Positions 42,257-52,449 of a DNA stretch of 64,000 nt are shown in pieces. The stretch spans positions 21,913-85,912 of the forward strand of contig JACRJA010000071.1 of assembly GCA_016235745.1 (NCBI GenBank), in the 5' to 3' direction. The position numbers and the translations under genes were made by a program. The DNA comes from Rhodocyclales bacterium. Lineage in GTDB: Bacteria; Pseudomonadota; Gammaproteobacteria; Burkholderiales; Rhodocyclaceae. The notes under the pieces were generated by a model. The model had not been told where the DNA came from. It ran no database searches and worked only from the letters and a program-made list of their open reading frames with translations. Each line of letters starts with the position of its first letter. The first letter of the stretch is position 1.

Positions 42257-43153
42257 ATGAAAGGAAATGAATTGGGCATGAAGCGGGGAAGACGAGGGCT
42301 GGGACGCTCCGGCGCCGTGGCGCTGCTGGCGCTGTTGCTGCTCTTTGTGTGGCTGTGGACCGGACGCAGCGCCCTGCCGCAGGATTCGCCCGGCGGCTGG
42401 CCGCGCGTGCGCGACCCCGTCGACCAGCTGCTCACCACCGAGCTGGTCAATCCAGGATTCGTCGTGGGGTACTCCGAATGGCATGGGGTGCCGCGCTGGG
42501 TGGCCTATCGTGCCGATCCCCCTCCGAGCCATCGTCTGCAGCGGCGTCCGGCGCAGTTCGAGCCGGACCTACGCACTCTGCGCTGCCGCCTGGGGTGGTA
42601 CTGCGTGCGGCACGAATCCTACCGCGGCTCGGGATTCGATCGCGGGCACATGGCACCGAATTTCCTGATCGGTACGCGCTATGGACCTGAAGCGCAGCGC
42701 GCCACTTTTCTGCTCTCCAACGTCGCGCCGCAGCGCCCGCAGCTCAACCAGGGAAGCTGGCAGCGGCTGGAGGCGGTGGAGGCCGATCGCTTCGCGCCGA
42801 ATTCGCGCGCGCTGTGGGTGGTGGCGGGGCCGGTGTTCGACGAGGATCCGCCGCGGTTCTCGCCGGAATGGATCGCCGTGCCCAAGGCGTTCTTTCGCAT
42901 CTTCTGGGGCGAGGACGAGGAGGGGCGCCGGCGGGTACTCGCTTTTCTCATGCCGCAGGAGACGCCCCCTCAGGCCGACCTGAGGGCGTATCTCACCACG
43001 GTGCGGGCAATCGAAGAGGCTACGAGGGTGAACTTCTTCCCTGATTTGCCCCCAGAGGAACAGGACCGCCTGGAGACGGCCGCCCCGGACCCTGCAGCCT
43101 GGGGGCTCACCGAGGAATGGGCCCGCGCCCCGGGCCGCTACCGGGCCGAATGA
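42257..43153 (+). CDS. DNA/RNA non-specific endonuclease (NucA/EndoG family), membrane-anchored or secreted
   Basis: Active-site motif DRGHMAPN and a hydrophobic N-terminal anchor (AVALLALLLLFVWLW). The true start may be the Met at 42278. Confidence 0.8.
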   Translation: MKGNELGMKRGRRGLGRSGAVALLALLLLFVWLWTGRSALPQDSPGGWPRVRDPVDQLLTTELVNPGFVVGYSEWHGVPRWVAYRADPPPSHRLQRRPAQFEPDLRTLRCRLGWYCVRHESYRGSGFDRGHMAPNFLIGTRYGPEAQRATFLLSNVAPQRPQLNQGSWQRLEAVEADRFAPNSRALWVVAGPVFDEDPPRFSPEWIAVPKAFFRIFWGEDEEGRRRVLAFLMPQETPPQADLRAYLTTVRAIEEATRVNFFPDLPPEEQDRLETAAPDPAAWGLTEEWARAPGRYRAE

Positions 43154-43159
43154 GCGACG

Positions 43160-43813
43160 CTAGACGAGGAAGGGATTGTTCAGGCGTTCTTCGCCAAAGG
43201 TCGACATCGGCCCGTGGCCGGGCACGAAGCGCACGTCGTCACCCAGCGGCAACAGCTTGGAGAGAATGCCGGTGATGAGCTGGCGGTGGTTGCCGCGGGG
43301 AAAATCGGTGCGTCCGATCGAGCCGGCAAAGAGCACGTCGCCGACGAAGGCGAGCCGCTCGTCGGGAGTGAAGTAGACCACGTGCCCGGGGGTGTGGCCA
43401 GGGAGGTGCAGCACCTCCAGCGTGTGCTCTCCGACGCGCACCGTGTCGCCCTCTTCGAGCCATTGGTCGGGCAGGAAGGCTTCGACCTTGCCGAACCCAA
43501 AGGTGCGCGCCTGCTCTGGCAGAGCTTCGAGCCAGAAGCGTTCTTCTTCTTGCGGCCCGAGGATGGGCACGCCGCCCAGGCGCCGGGCGAGCTCGGGGGC
43601 GCCGGCGGCATGGTCGATGTGTCCATGCGTGAGCAAAAGCTGACGTACGTTCAGGTTGCGGCTACGGATCGCCTCTTCGATGCGTTCGGTGTCTCCGCCG
43701 GGATCGATGACGGCGGCTTCGCCCGTGCGGTCGCACCACAGCAGGGAGCAATTCTGCTCGAATGGCGTCACAGGGATGACGAGGACGTGGAGCATGGCGA
43801 GCATCCGCGGCAA
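43160..43813 (-). CDS. MBL-fold metallo-hydrolase (YcbL/glyoxalase II-like)
   Basis: 217-aa ORF with THGHIDH, …HLPGHTPGH… and …VPGHGP… metal-ligand motifs. Confidence 0.8.
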   Translation of the reverse strand: MPRMLAMLHVLVIPVTPFEQNCSLLWCDRTGEAAVIDPGGDTERIEEAIRSRNLNVRQLLLTHGHIDHAAGAPELARRLGGVPILGPQEEERFWLEALPEQARTFGFGKVEAFLPDQWLEEGDTVRVGEHTLEVLHLPGHTPGHVVYFTPDERLAFVGDVLFAGSIGRTDFPRGNHRQLITGILSKLLPLGDDVRFVPGHGPMSTFGEERLNNPFLV

Positions 43814-43844
43814 GGGATGCCGCTATTGTAGCAGCGAGGCCCCC

Positions 43845-45113
43845 TCACGCAGCGCCCGGGTAGAGCCATGAGCAGATGAAGACGGCCGCCGCCACCCCGG
43901 CCAGATCCGCCGTGAGCCCCGCGGCGATGGCATGCCGCATCTTCTTGATGCCGACGGCCCCGAAGTAGACCGCCAGCACGTAGAAGGTGGTCTCGGTCGA
44001 GCCCTGCAGGGTCGAGGCGAGCCAGCCGGCGTAGCTGTCCGGACCCACGCTCGGGTCCTTGAGCAGATCGGCAAGGAGCGCGAAGGCGCCGGACCCGGAT
44101 AGCGGCCGCAGGAGCGCCATGGGCAGCACTTCGGCGGGAAGCCCCAGCGGCTCGGTGATCGGCGCGAGCAGGGCGACGAAGAAAGGAAGAGCGCCGCTTG
44201 CGCGCAAGAGCGCCGTGGCCGCGAGGATGGCCACCAGATAGGGGATGATGCGCAGCGCCACCTGGAAGCCGTCCTTGGCCCCGTCGACGAAGCTCTCATA
44301 GACCGCCACGCCGCGCGCGAGGCCATAGACGATGAATGCCACGATGAGCGAGGGGACGATCCAGGCCGAGACGATCTGGCCGTAGCGGACGCTGGCGGCG
44401 ATGAGGGCGACGAAGGAAAGCGCCGCCGCCCAGCTCACCCAGCGCGGCAAGGGGGCGAGCGCTGCTTCTTCCGCTTGCGCCTGCTCAGGCTGGAGTGTTG
44501 GCGCCGGGACGAGGCGCGGCGCGGGAAAGAAGCGGGCGAAGAGTGGCGTGCAGAACACCGCTACTAGCGTGGCACAGGTGGTGGCAAAGAGGGTGGTGGG
44601 CAGAATGGCGGCCGGATCGCTGCTGCCGGCGGCCGCGCGCAGGGCGATCACGCCGGTGGGCAGCAAGGCGAGGCCCGAGGTGTTGATCGCAAGGAAGCGC
44701 ACCATGGCGTCGGTGGCCGTACCGGGATGGGGATTGAGCCGGTCGAGCTCTTGCATGGCACGGATGCCGAAGGGCGTAGCCGCGTTGCCCAGCCCCAGCA
44801 GGTTCGCCGAGAAGTTCATGATCATGGCGCCCATGGCCGGGTGCTGCGGTGGCACTTCGGGAAAGAGGCGGCGCATGAGCGGGGCGATGAGACGGGCGAT
44901 TCCGGTGAGCAATCCCCCTTGCTCGGCGATCTTCATGAGCCCGAGGAAGAAGGCCATTACGCCCACCAGCCCCAGGGCGAGTTCGACGGCGGCGCGCGAG
45001 GCGTCGATGACTGCCTTGCTCATGGCCATCATCACGCCCGGCGTGCCCGTGAGCTCGCGGCCGGCGCCGGTGGCGAAGGCGATCAGCAGGAAAGCAGCGA
45101 AGATGCGGTTCAT
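43845..45113 (-). CDS. nucleoside-recognition (Gate) domain membrane protein, SpmA/SpmB-like fusion
   Basis: ~422-aa polytopic ORF from MNRIFAAFLLIAF… with two Gate-like halves. The function is unknown. Confidence 0.6.
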   Translation of the reverse strand: MNRIFAAFLLIAFATGAGRELTGTPGVMMAMSKAVIDASRAAVELALGLVGVMAFFLGLMKIAEQGGLLTGIARLIAPLMRRLFPEVPPQHPAMGAMIMNFSANLLGLGNAATPFGIRAMQELDRLNPHPGTATDAMVRFLAINTSGLALLPTGVIALRAAAGSSDPAAILPTTLFATTCATLVAVFCTPLFARFFPAPRLVPAPTLQPEQAQAEEAALAPLPRWVSWAAALSFVALIAASVRYGQIVSAWIVPSLIVAFIVYGLARGVAVYESFVDGAKDGFQVALRIIPYLVAILAATALLRASGALPFFVALLAPITEPLGLPAEVLPMALLRPLSGSGAFALLADLLKDPSVGPDSYAGWLASTLQGSTETTFYVLAVYFGAVGIKKMRHAIAAGLTADLAGVAAAVFICSWLYPGAA

Positions 45114-45126
45114 GCCGAGGAAAAGA

Positions 45127-46230
45127 TCAGGAAGAGGAACCCAGGGTGACGGCAACCTGGCGCCGTTCGGTGCCGCGCAGCACTTCCAGCGTCACGGTGT
45201 CACCGGCCCGATAGCGTTCGAGTATGTCGAGCAGGGTGTCGAGATCGGGCGTCGGCGTGCCGTCGATGGCCACGATCAGGTCACCGACGAGGACGCTGCC
45301 CTCGGTGACCGGCACGAACGGCTTGAGCCCGGCGCGCGCGGCCGCTCCATCGGGGTCGACGCGCAAGATGGCCACTCCGGGCGGCAGGCCCAGCGCCTTG
45401 TTGAAGGCGGGGGAGGCGGCGGCGATGCCGAGCACGGGACGGCGGATGCGCCCCTCGCGAATGAGCCGCGGCACGATGCGGTTGACCTCGTCGACGGGGA
45501 TGGCGAAGCCGATGCCAGCCGAAGCGCCGCTGGGACTGTAGATGGCGGTATTGACGCCGATGAGCCGGCCGGCGCTATCGAGCAGCGGCCCGCCGGAGTT
45601 GCCGGGGTTGATGGCCGCGTCGGTCTGGATGACGCCGCGGATGGTGCGCCCGCTCACGGACTGGATCTCGCGGTTGAGGGCGCTCACTACCCCCGTGGTG
45701 AGGCTCTGATCCAGCCCAAAGGGGTTGCCGATCGCCAGCACTTTCTGCCCCACCTTGAGCCCCTTGCTCTCGCCGATGGGAATGGGGTGCAGGCGTTCTG
45801 CCGGGGCGTCGATGCGCAGCACCGCGAGGTCGCGGTCGGGATAGGCGCCGACGAGCTTGGCGCGCCACGTGCTCTGGTCGGCCAGGGTGACGCGGGCCGC
45901 ATCCGCTCCCTGGATGACGTGGAAATTGGTGACCACATGCCCGGCATCGTCCCAAATGAACCCGCTGCCGGTTCCCTGCGGGATCTCGAGCACGTTGAGG
46001 GTGAAGAGGTTGAGCGCCTGGCGGGCGGTGGTGATATGGACCACCGAAGGGGAAGTGAGGGCGAAGATCTCGACGGTGTTGCGCTCGTCGGCGGTGAGCT
46101 CGCCGCGCGGGGTGATGGCGCGAGGCTGGGAAGGCGCCGTTCCAGCGGTTTTCGCCAGCAGCGTGCCGAGCGAAGCGGCGAGCACGATGAACAGCAGCGA
46201 GAGCAGCGTGAAGCGATGGGCGGAGCGCAT
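45127..46230 (-). CDS. S1C (HtrA/DegS-like) periplasmic serine protease with one PDZ domain
   Basis: Catalytic triad contexts [18 protein letters not shown] and GNSGGPLL, plus a C-terminal PDZ. The start at MRSAHRF… is chosen because the longer ORF would overlap the upstream terminator hairpin. Confidence 0.8.
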   Translation of the reverse strand: MRSAHRFTLLSLLFIVLAASLGTLLAKTAGTAPSQPRAITPRGELTADERNTVEIFALTSPSVVHITTARQALNLFTLNVLEIPQGTGSGFIWDDAGHVVTNFHVIQGADAARVTLADQSTWRAKLVGAYPDRDLAVLRIDAPAERLHPIPIGESKGLKVGQKVLAIGNPFGLDQSLTTGVVSALNREIQSVSGRTIRGVIQTDAAINPGNSGGPLLDSAGRLIGVNTAIYSPSGASAGIGFAIPVDEVNRIVPRLIREGRIRRPVLGIAAASPAFNKALGLPPGVAILRVDPDGAAARAGLKPFVPVTEGSVLVGDLIVAIDGTPTPDLDTLLDILERYRAGDTVTLEVLRGTERRQVAVTLGSSS

Positions 46231-46302
46231 GCGGCGGGCTTCCGGCGGTGCGAAGCGCTCATTGTACGGGAAAGGGCGGGTGCCGGTGCCGGATGGAGCA
46301 GG

Positions 46303-46330
46303 CAAAAACGGCGGCCACCGGGGCCGCCGT
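46303..46330 (-). terminator. candidate rho-independent terminator ending the hsp20 triplet
   Basis: On the minus strand an ACGGCGGCC-ccgg-GGCCGCCGT stem is followed by TTTTTGCC. It lies about 25 nt after the stop of the last hsp20. Confidence 0.55.
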
Positions 46331-46352
46331 CGTGCGCACTAGACGCGAAAGA

Positions 46353-46859
46353 TCAGCCTTGGACGGCGATGCGGCGGGTCTTGGCGGTCTCGGCCTTGGG
46401 CAGCGTGATTTTGAGCACGCCGTCGCGGTATTGCGCCTTGGCCTCTTCGGCCTTGACCGGCACGGGAAGCGCGATCGCGCGCTGGAAGCGGCCGTAGGCG
46501 CACTGCATGAGGCGATACTGCCCCTGCTTTTCCTCGCGCTCGAGCCGTTTTTCGCCGCGGATCAGCAGCTGGCCGTCGAGTACCTCGACTTCGAGATCCT
46601 CGCGCTCGAGACCGGGGATCTCGACGCGGACCTCGAGCGCCTCGTCGGTCTCATAGAGGTCGGCGCCGAGCACCGCCCAGCGTACGCTCCCGGCCGGTGC
46701 CGGCACGTTGCCCGATGGGCTTTGCCCGCCGTCGCGTTCGTGGGGCTGGAAACGGGTGAGCGCTCCAGCAGCCCGTTCCCACAGCTGTCGCCAGCCCTCC
46801 ATCAGATGCTCCCAGCTCTGGCCGAGGCCGGATTTCCATTGTTCCAGTACCGAACCCAT
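46353..46859 (-). CDS. Hsp20/alpha-crystallin family small heat-shock protein (copy 3 of operon)
   Basis: 168-aa ORF with an alpha-crystallin domain (…DLYETDEALEVRVEIPGLERED…AQYRDGVLKITLPK). Confidence 0.85.
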   Translation of the reverse strand: MGSVLEQWKSGLGQSWEHLMEGWRQLWERAAGALTRFQPHERDGGQSPSGNVPAPAGSVRWAVLGADLYETDEALEVRVEIPGLEREDLEVEVLDGQLLIRGEKRLEREEKQGQYRLMQCAYGRFQRAIALPVPVKAEEAKAQYRDGVLKITLPKAETAKTRRIAVQG

Positions 46860-46941
46860 ACTTCGTCCTCCGCTTGGTCAGACGAAGGCCGCCCAAGAAA
46901 GGGCGGCCAAAAAGCCCATTTGCATGCCGGAAATGGGAGAA

Positions 46942-47337
46942 TCAGCCAGCCTGCACCGTGATGCGCTTGGGTTGGGCCTGTTGATGTTTAGGAATGCGCA
47001 GTTCGAGCACTCCCTGGTCGAGCTTGGCCTGGATGGCGTTGGTGTCGAGGTCGCGCGACAGGGTGAAGCTGCGGGCATAGCGCGGCGCGCGCACCTCGGC
47101 GTAGATCGGCTCCATGCCTTCGCCCACCGGAAGCGACACGTTGCCTTCGATGGTCAGGGTGTCCCCCTCGACCTTGATCTCCAGCGCCTCGCGGCTCACG
47201 CCGGGCAGGTCGGCCCACAGGGTGATGCCGGTCTGATCCTCGATGATGTCGACGCGCGGCACCGCCGTCGGGACGCGCTGGGCTTCCTGGGCGGTGACGT
47301 TGGTGCCGGGGCGGGTAGTGACGTTGGTTTCAGCCAT
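46942..47337 (-). CDS. Hsp20/alpha-crystallin family small heat-shock protein (copy 2)
   Basis: 131-aa product MAETNVTT…VDIIEDQTGITLWADLPGVSREALEIKVEGDTLTIEG…AKLDQGVLELRIPK. The start is at the ATG preceded by AGGAGGAA. Confidence 0.85.
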   Translation of the reverse strand: MAETNVTTRPGTNVTAQEAQRVPTAVPRVDIIEDQTGITLWADLPGVSREALEIKVEGDTLTIEGNVSLPVGEGMEPIYAEVRAPRYARSFTLSRDLDTNAIQAKLDQGVLELRIPKHQQAQPKRITVQAG

Positions 47338-47357
47338 GGTCGTTCCTCCTTTCGCGA

Positions 47358-47798
47358 TCATTTGATTTCGATGCGGCGCGGTTGCAGATGGGCCTTGCGC
47401 GCGATGCGCAGGCGCAGTACGCCGTCGCGGTAGGTCGCTTCGACCTTGTCCGGATCGAGATCCTCGGACAGGCTGAGGGTGCGGCGGAACTTGCCGGCGA
47501 AGCGCTCGTTGGCATAGACCGTGACCTGGCCGTTCTCCGGGATCGACGAGGAGCGCTCGCCGGCGATGGTGAGCACGCCTTGCTCGAGCGTGACCTCGAG
47601 TTTGGCCGGATCCACGCCGGGCAGGAAGGCATACACTTCGACCGCTTCCAGCGTGCGGCCAATGTTGATGGTTGGATAGACGGTGTCGAGCGCCACTTCG
47701 CGGATGGCCGCCGGCCAGCCGCTCCACAGGCGGTCGAGTTCGCGCTGCAGCCGGTCGAACTCTTCGAACAGGTTGGTAGGAAAGAGTGTCGTGACCAT
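47358..47798 (-). CDS. Hsp20/alpha-crystallin family small heat-shock protein (copy 1)
   Basis: 146-aa product [25 protein letters not shown]…[27 protein letters not shown]…[14 protein letters not shown]. The start is preceded by AAGGAGG. Confidence 0.85.
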   Translation of the reverse strand: MVTTLFPTNLFEEFDRLQRELDRLWSGWPAAIREVALDTVYPTINIGRTLEAVEVYAFLPGVDPAKLEVTLEQGVLTIAGERSSSIPENGQVTVYANERFAGKFRRTLSLSEDLDPDKVEATYRDGVLRLRIARKAHLQPRRIEIK

Positions 47799-47875
47799 CG
47801 TGCTGCCTCCTTGAGATGTTGGCCGGGCGCAGTCGCCCGGCGGTGGGACATAAACGCGTGCGGTTGCGTTTATCG

Positions 47876-47904
47876 ATATGGGTTGTCCCGCTGAGAATTT
47901 CAAG
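47876..47904 (-). promoter_or_regulatory. RpoH (sigma-32)-type promoter for the hsp20 operon: CTTGAAA-N14-ACCCATAT
   Basis: The minus strand reads CTTGAAA (complement of 47898-47904), 14 nt, then ACCCATAT (complement of 47876-47883). The consensus is CTTGAAA-N13-15-CCCCATNT. It lies 78 nt upstream of the first hsp20 ATG. Confidence 0.5.
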
Positions 47905-48043
47905 GGGGGCATCGAGCGCGGTGCTTCACCGCGACGCGCTTGTAATTTCCCATACCGCCTCCAATAATGTAGAGGCCCGGGCGGGGCTGGAGCTGTCGTC
48001 GCCGCCCGGAGCGCACTCATCGGCTGTTCGGAGGCGGTACGGC

Positions 48044-49003
48044 ATGAAGTTTCGCGACTATTACGAGATTCTCGGCGTGCCGCGCACGGCTACGGCGGAG
48101 GAAATCAAGAAGGCCTGGCGCAAGCTCGCGCGCAAGTATCATCCGGACGTGAGCAAGGAAGCCGACGCGGCCGAGCGCATGAAGGAGATCAACGAGGCCT
48201 ACGAGGTGCTTTCCGATCCGGAGAAGCGCGCCGCCTACGATCGCCTGGGCGAGCACTGGCGCCAAGGCGAGGAGTTTTCGCCGCCGCCGGGCTGGGACGC
48301 CGGATTCGAATTCCGCGGCGCGCCGGGTGGCCGCCCGTTCGAAGGGATGGATTTTTCCGAGTTTTTCGAGTCGCTCTTCGGACGCATGCACCGCGGCACG
48401 GCCGGCACACGCCAGCGCCGTACTGGCGGCTTTGCCGTGCGGGGCGAAGACCATCACGCCAAGATCCTCATCGATCTCGAAGACAGCCTGCAGGGCGCCA
48501 CGCGCTCGGTCACCCTGCGCGCGCCCGAGCTCGACGCTTCCGGCCACGTGGTGCTGCGCGAGCGTACCCTCAACGTGCGCATCCCCAAGGGCATCCGGCC
48601 GGGACAGAAGATCCGGCTCGCCGGTCAGGGAGGGCCGGGGGTGAACGGCGGCCCGCCGGGCGATCTCTACCTGGAAGTGGAATTTCGCCCCCATCCGCTC
48701 TATCGCGTCGAGGACAAGGATCTCTACTTGACGGTGCCGGTGGCGCCGTGGGAGGCAGTCCTCGGCGCCAAGATCCAGATCCCGACGCCATACGGACCGG
48801 TGACGCTCACCATTGCGCCGGATTCGCAACACGGTCGCAAGCTGCGCCTGCGCGGCAAGGGACTGCCCAGCGATCCCCCGGGTGATCTCTACGCGGTGCT
48901 CGAGGTGGTCTTGCCCCCGTCGAGCGATCCGAAAGTGCGGGAACATTTCGCGGCGATGGCGCGCGAGGTACAGTTCAATCCCCGCGCGCGCTGGGGCCGG
49001 TGA
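48044..49003 (+). CDS. cbpA: curved-DNA-binding DnaJ-like co-chaperone CbpA
   Basis: J-domain (DYYEILGV…KYHPDVSK…) without a Zn-finger domain, ~319 aa, followed by cbpM. The start is at the internal [15 protein letters not shown]. Confidence 0.85.
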   Translation: MKFRDYYEILGVPRTATAEEIKKAWRKLARKYHPDVSKEADAAERMKEINEAYEVLSDPEKRAAYDRLGEHWRQGEEFSPPPGWDAGFEFRGAPGGRPFEGMDFSEFFESLFGRMHRGTAGTRQRRTGGFAVRGEDHHAKILIDLEDSLQGATRSVTLRAPELDASGHVVLRERTLNVRIPKGIRPGQKIRLAGQGGPGVNGGPPGDLYLEVEFRPHPLYRVEDKDLYLTVPVAPWEAVLGAKIQIPTPYGPVTLTIAPDSQHGRKLRLRGKGLPSDPPGDLYAVLEVVLPPSSDPKVREHFAAMAREVQFNPRARWGR

Positions 49004-49015
49004 GGAGGGGCAGCG

Positions 49016-49342
49016 ATGAAGACGGCGATCGTGGTGCATTGCGAATGGCTGGGCGGCGAGCGCTGGCTCACGCTCGAGGAGTTGGCGCAGGCGGCAGGCG
49101 CCTCGCCTTCCTTCGTGCGCGCCCTGTGGCAGGAGGGCTTGATCGAGGCCGGGCAGGTCGAGGCCGGGGCGCCGCGCTTCGAAGGGGTGGCACTGGAGCG
49201 GGTGCGCCGTATGCGCCGCCTGATGCGCGATTTCGAAGCGAGTTTCACCGCGGCGGCGATGATGATGGAGCTCATCGACGAGATCGAGCGGCTGCGGCGG
49301 CTACTCGATCGCGCTGGCATTCCCTGGCGCGACGAATCCTGA
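49016..49342 (+). CDS. cbpM: chaperone modulatory protein CbpM (MerR-like)
   Basis: 108-aa ORF immediately after cbpA with a MerR-type HTH region (LTLEELAQAAGASPSFVRALWQEGLI). Confidence 0.7.
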   Translation: MKTAIVVHCEWLGGERWLTLEELAQAAGASPSFVRALWQEGLIEAGQVEAGAPRFEGVALERVRRMRRLMRDFEASFTAAAMMMELIDEIERLRRLLDRAGIPWRDES

Positions 49343-49353
49343 AGGGGAAGGGC

Positions 49354-51202
<1,849 letters not shown>

Positions 51203-51210
<8 letters not shown>

Positions 51211-52024
51211 AGCCCTGTGGTACGACGCCCTGGGTGTGCCGCACCGCCGGGTCATGGGCACGGCGCGCATCGTCTCGCTCGTGCCTTCGCTCACCGAGAC
51301 GCTCTTCGCCTTCAGCCTGGGCGAGGCGGTGGTGGGGCGCACCGGGTTTTGCATCCATCCCGCCGAGGTGAAGGGGGTACCGAAGGTGGGAGGAACCAAG
51401 GACGTGCGTCTCGACCGCCTTTTCGCCCTGGAGCCGACGCACGTCATCGCCAACGTCGATGAGAACCGGCGCGAACAGGTGGAGGCGATCGCCGCGGCCG
51501 GCATCGAGGTGATCGTCACCCATCCCTGCCGGCTTGAAGACAACGTCGCGCTCTTTCGCCTGCTCGGCGGCATATTCGACCGCGAGGATGCGGCCGAATA
51601 TGCCGTCGAGGCCTTTACTGGGGCGCTGCTACAGGCACGCTCGATCGCCGCCGAACTGCCGCCCGAGCGCGTGCTCTACCCCATCTGGCGCGAGCCGTGG
51701 ATGACGGTGGCCAGCAGCACCTGGATCTCGGCCATGCTGGAAGCCGTGGGCTGGCAGACTTGGCCCGCGATCGAGGAACCCCGTTATCCCGTCATCGACG
51801 AAGATGCCGTTCGCCAGGCCGGCATCGCGCGCGTGCTGCTGCCTTCCGAGCCCTATCGCTTCACCGAGGCGCACGGCGAAGAGGCACGCCGCCTGCTCGG
51901 GGCCGACGTGCCGGTGACGCTCGTCGATGGCGAAATGGTGTCGTGGTACGGCACCCGCGCCATTTCGGGCCTGTGCTACCTCGCCGCCCTGCGCCAGGAT
52001 TTGGCCGGGCCACGTTCCGCCTGA
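51203..52024 (+). CDS. BtuF/TroA-like (helical-backbone) periplasmic-binding-fold protein, apparently without signal peptide
   Basis: 273-aa ORF (…RIVSLVPSLTETLFAFSLGEAVVGRTGFC…) of the type III binding-protein fold. It overlaps the ftsH stop by 8 nt. The start is uncertain; the Met at 51254 is possible. Confidence 0.6.
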
Positions 52025-52209
52025 TTCTTTTGCTGGAAAGGCTCAGAAGCGATGGTTCAGGCCGAGGTAGAAGAGGTGGGTATCGTCCACCTCGCCGCCG
52101 GCCTGGTGGCCGTTGTAATCCTCGTCCGCCTGGCCGAGTGAGGCGGCCTGATCCCAGCGCGCCGGGGCGTTGGGGGTGATCGTGAGGTTGGCCAGCTGGA
52201 AGAGCCAGT

Positions 52210-52449
52210 TTACGCCGTGCGGTCAGAGGGTTCGGCCCATTCGTAGATCTGAAGGCGTTTCGGGTCGCAGGCGCAGCAGCTTTTGCCGCAGGACGAGCCG
52301 GCGGGAAGGCGGCGCACGCGGCCTTTGCGTTCGAGCGTGGCGAGCATGGCTTCGACCGCCTCGGGGGCGGCCTGAAGCGCCGTGGCCAGGTCGTCGAGGC
52401 TGGCGCGGCGCTGCTGGCGCAGGGTGTGGCTGAGGCGGGAGAGGATCAT
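52210..52449 (-). CDS. feoC: FeoC-like winged-helix protein
   Basis: 79-aa product MILSRLSHTLRQQRRASLDDLATALQAAPEAVEAMLATLERKG…SSCGKSCCACD… with a Cys-rich tail. The start overlaps the feoB stop (ATGA). Confidence 0.65.
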   Translation of the reverse strand: MILSRLSHTLRQQRRASLDDLATALQAAPEAVEAMLATLERKGRVRRLPAGSSCGKSCCACDPKRLQIYEWAEPSDRTA

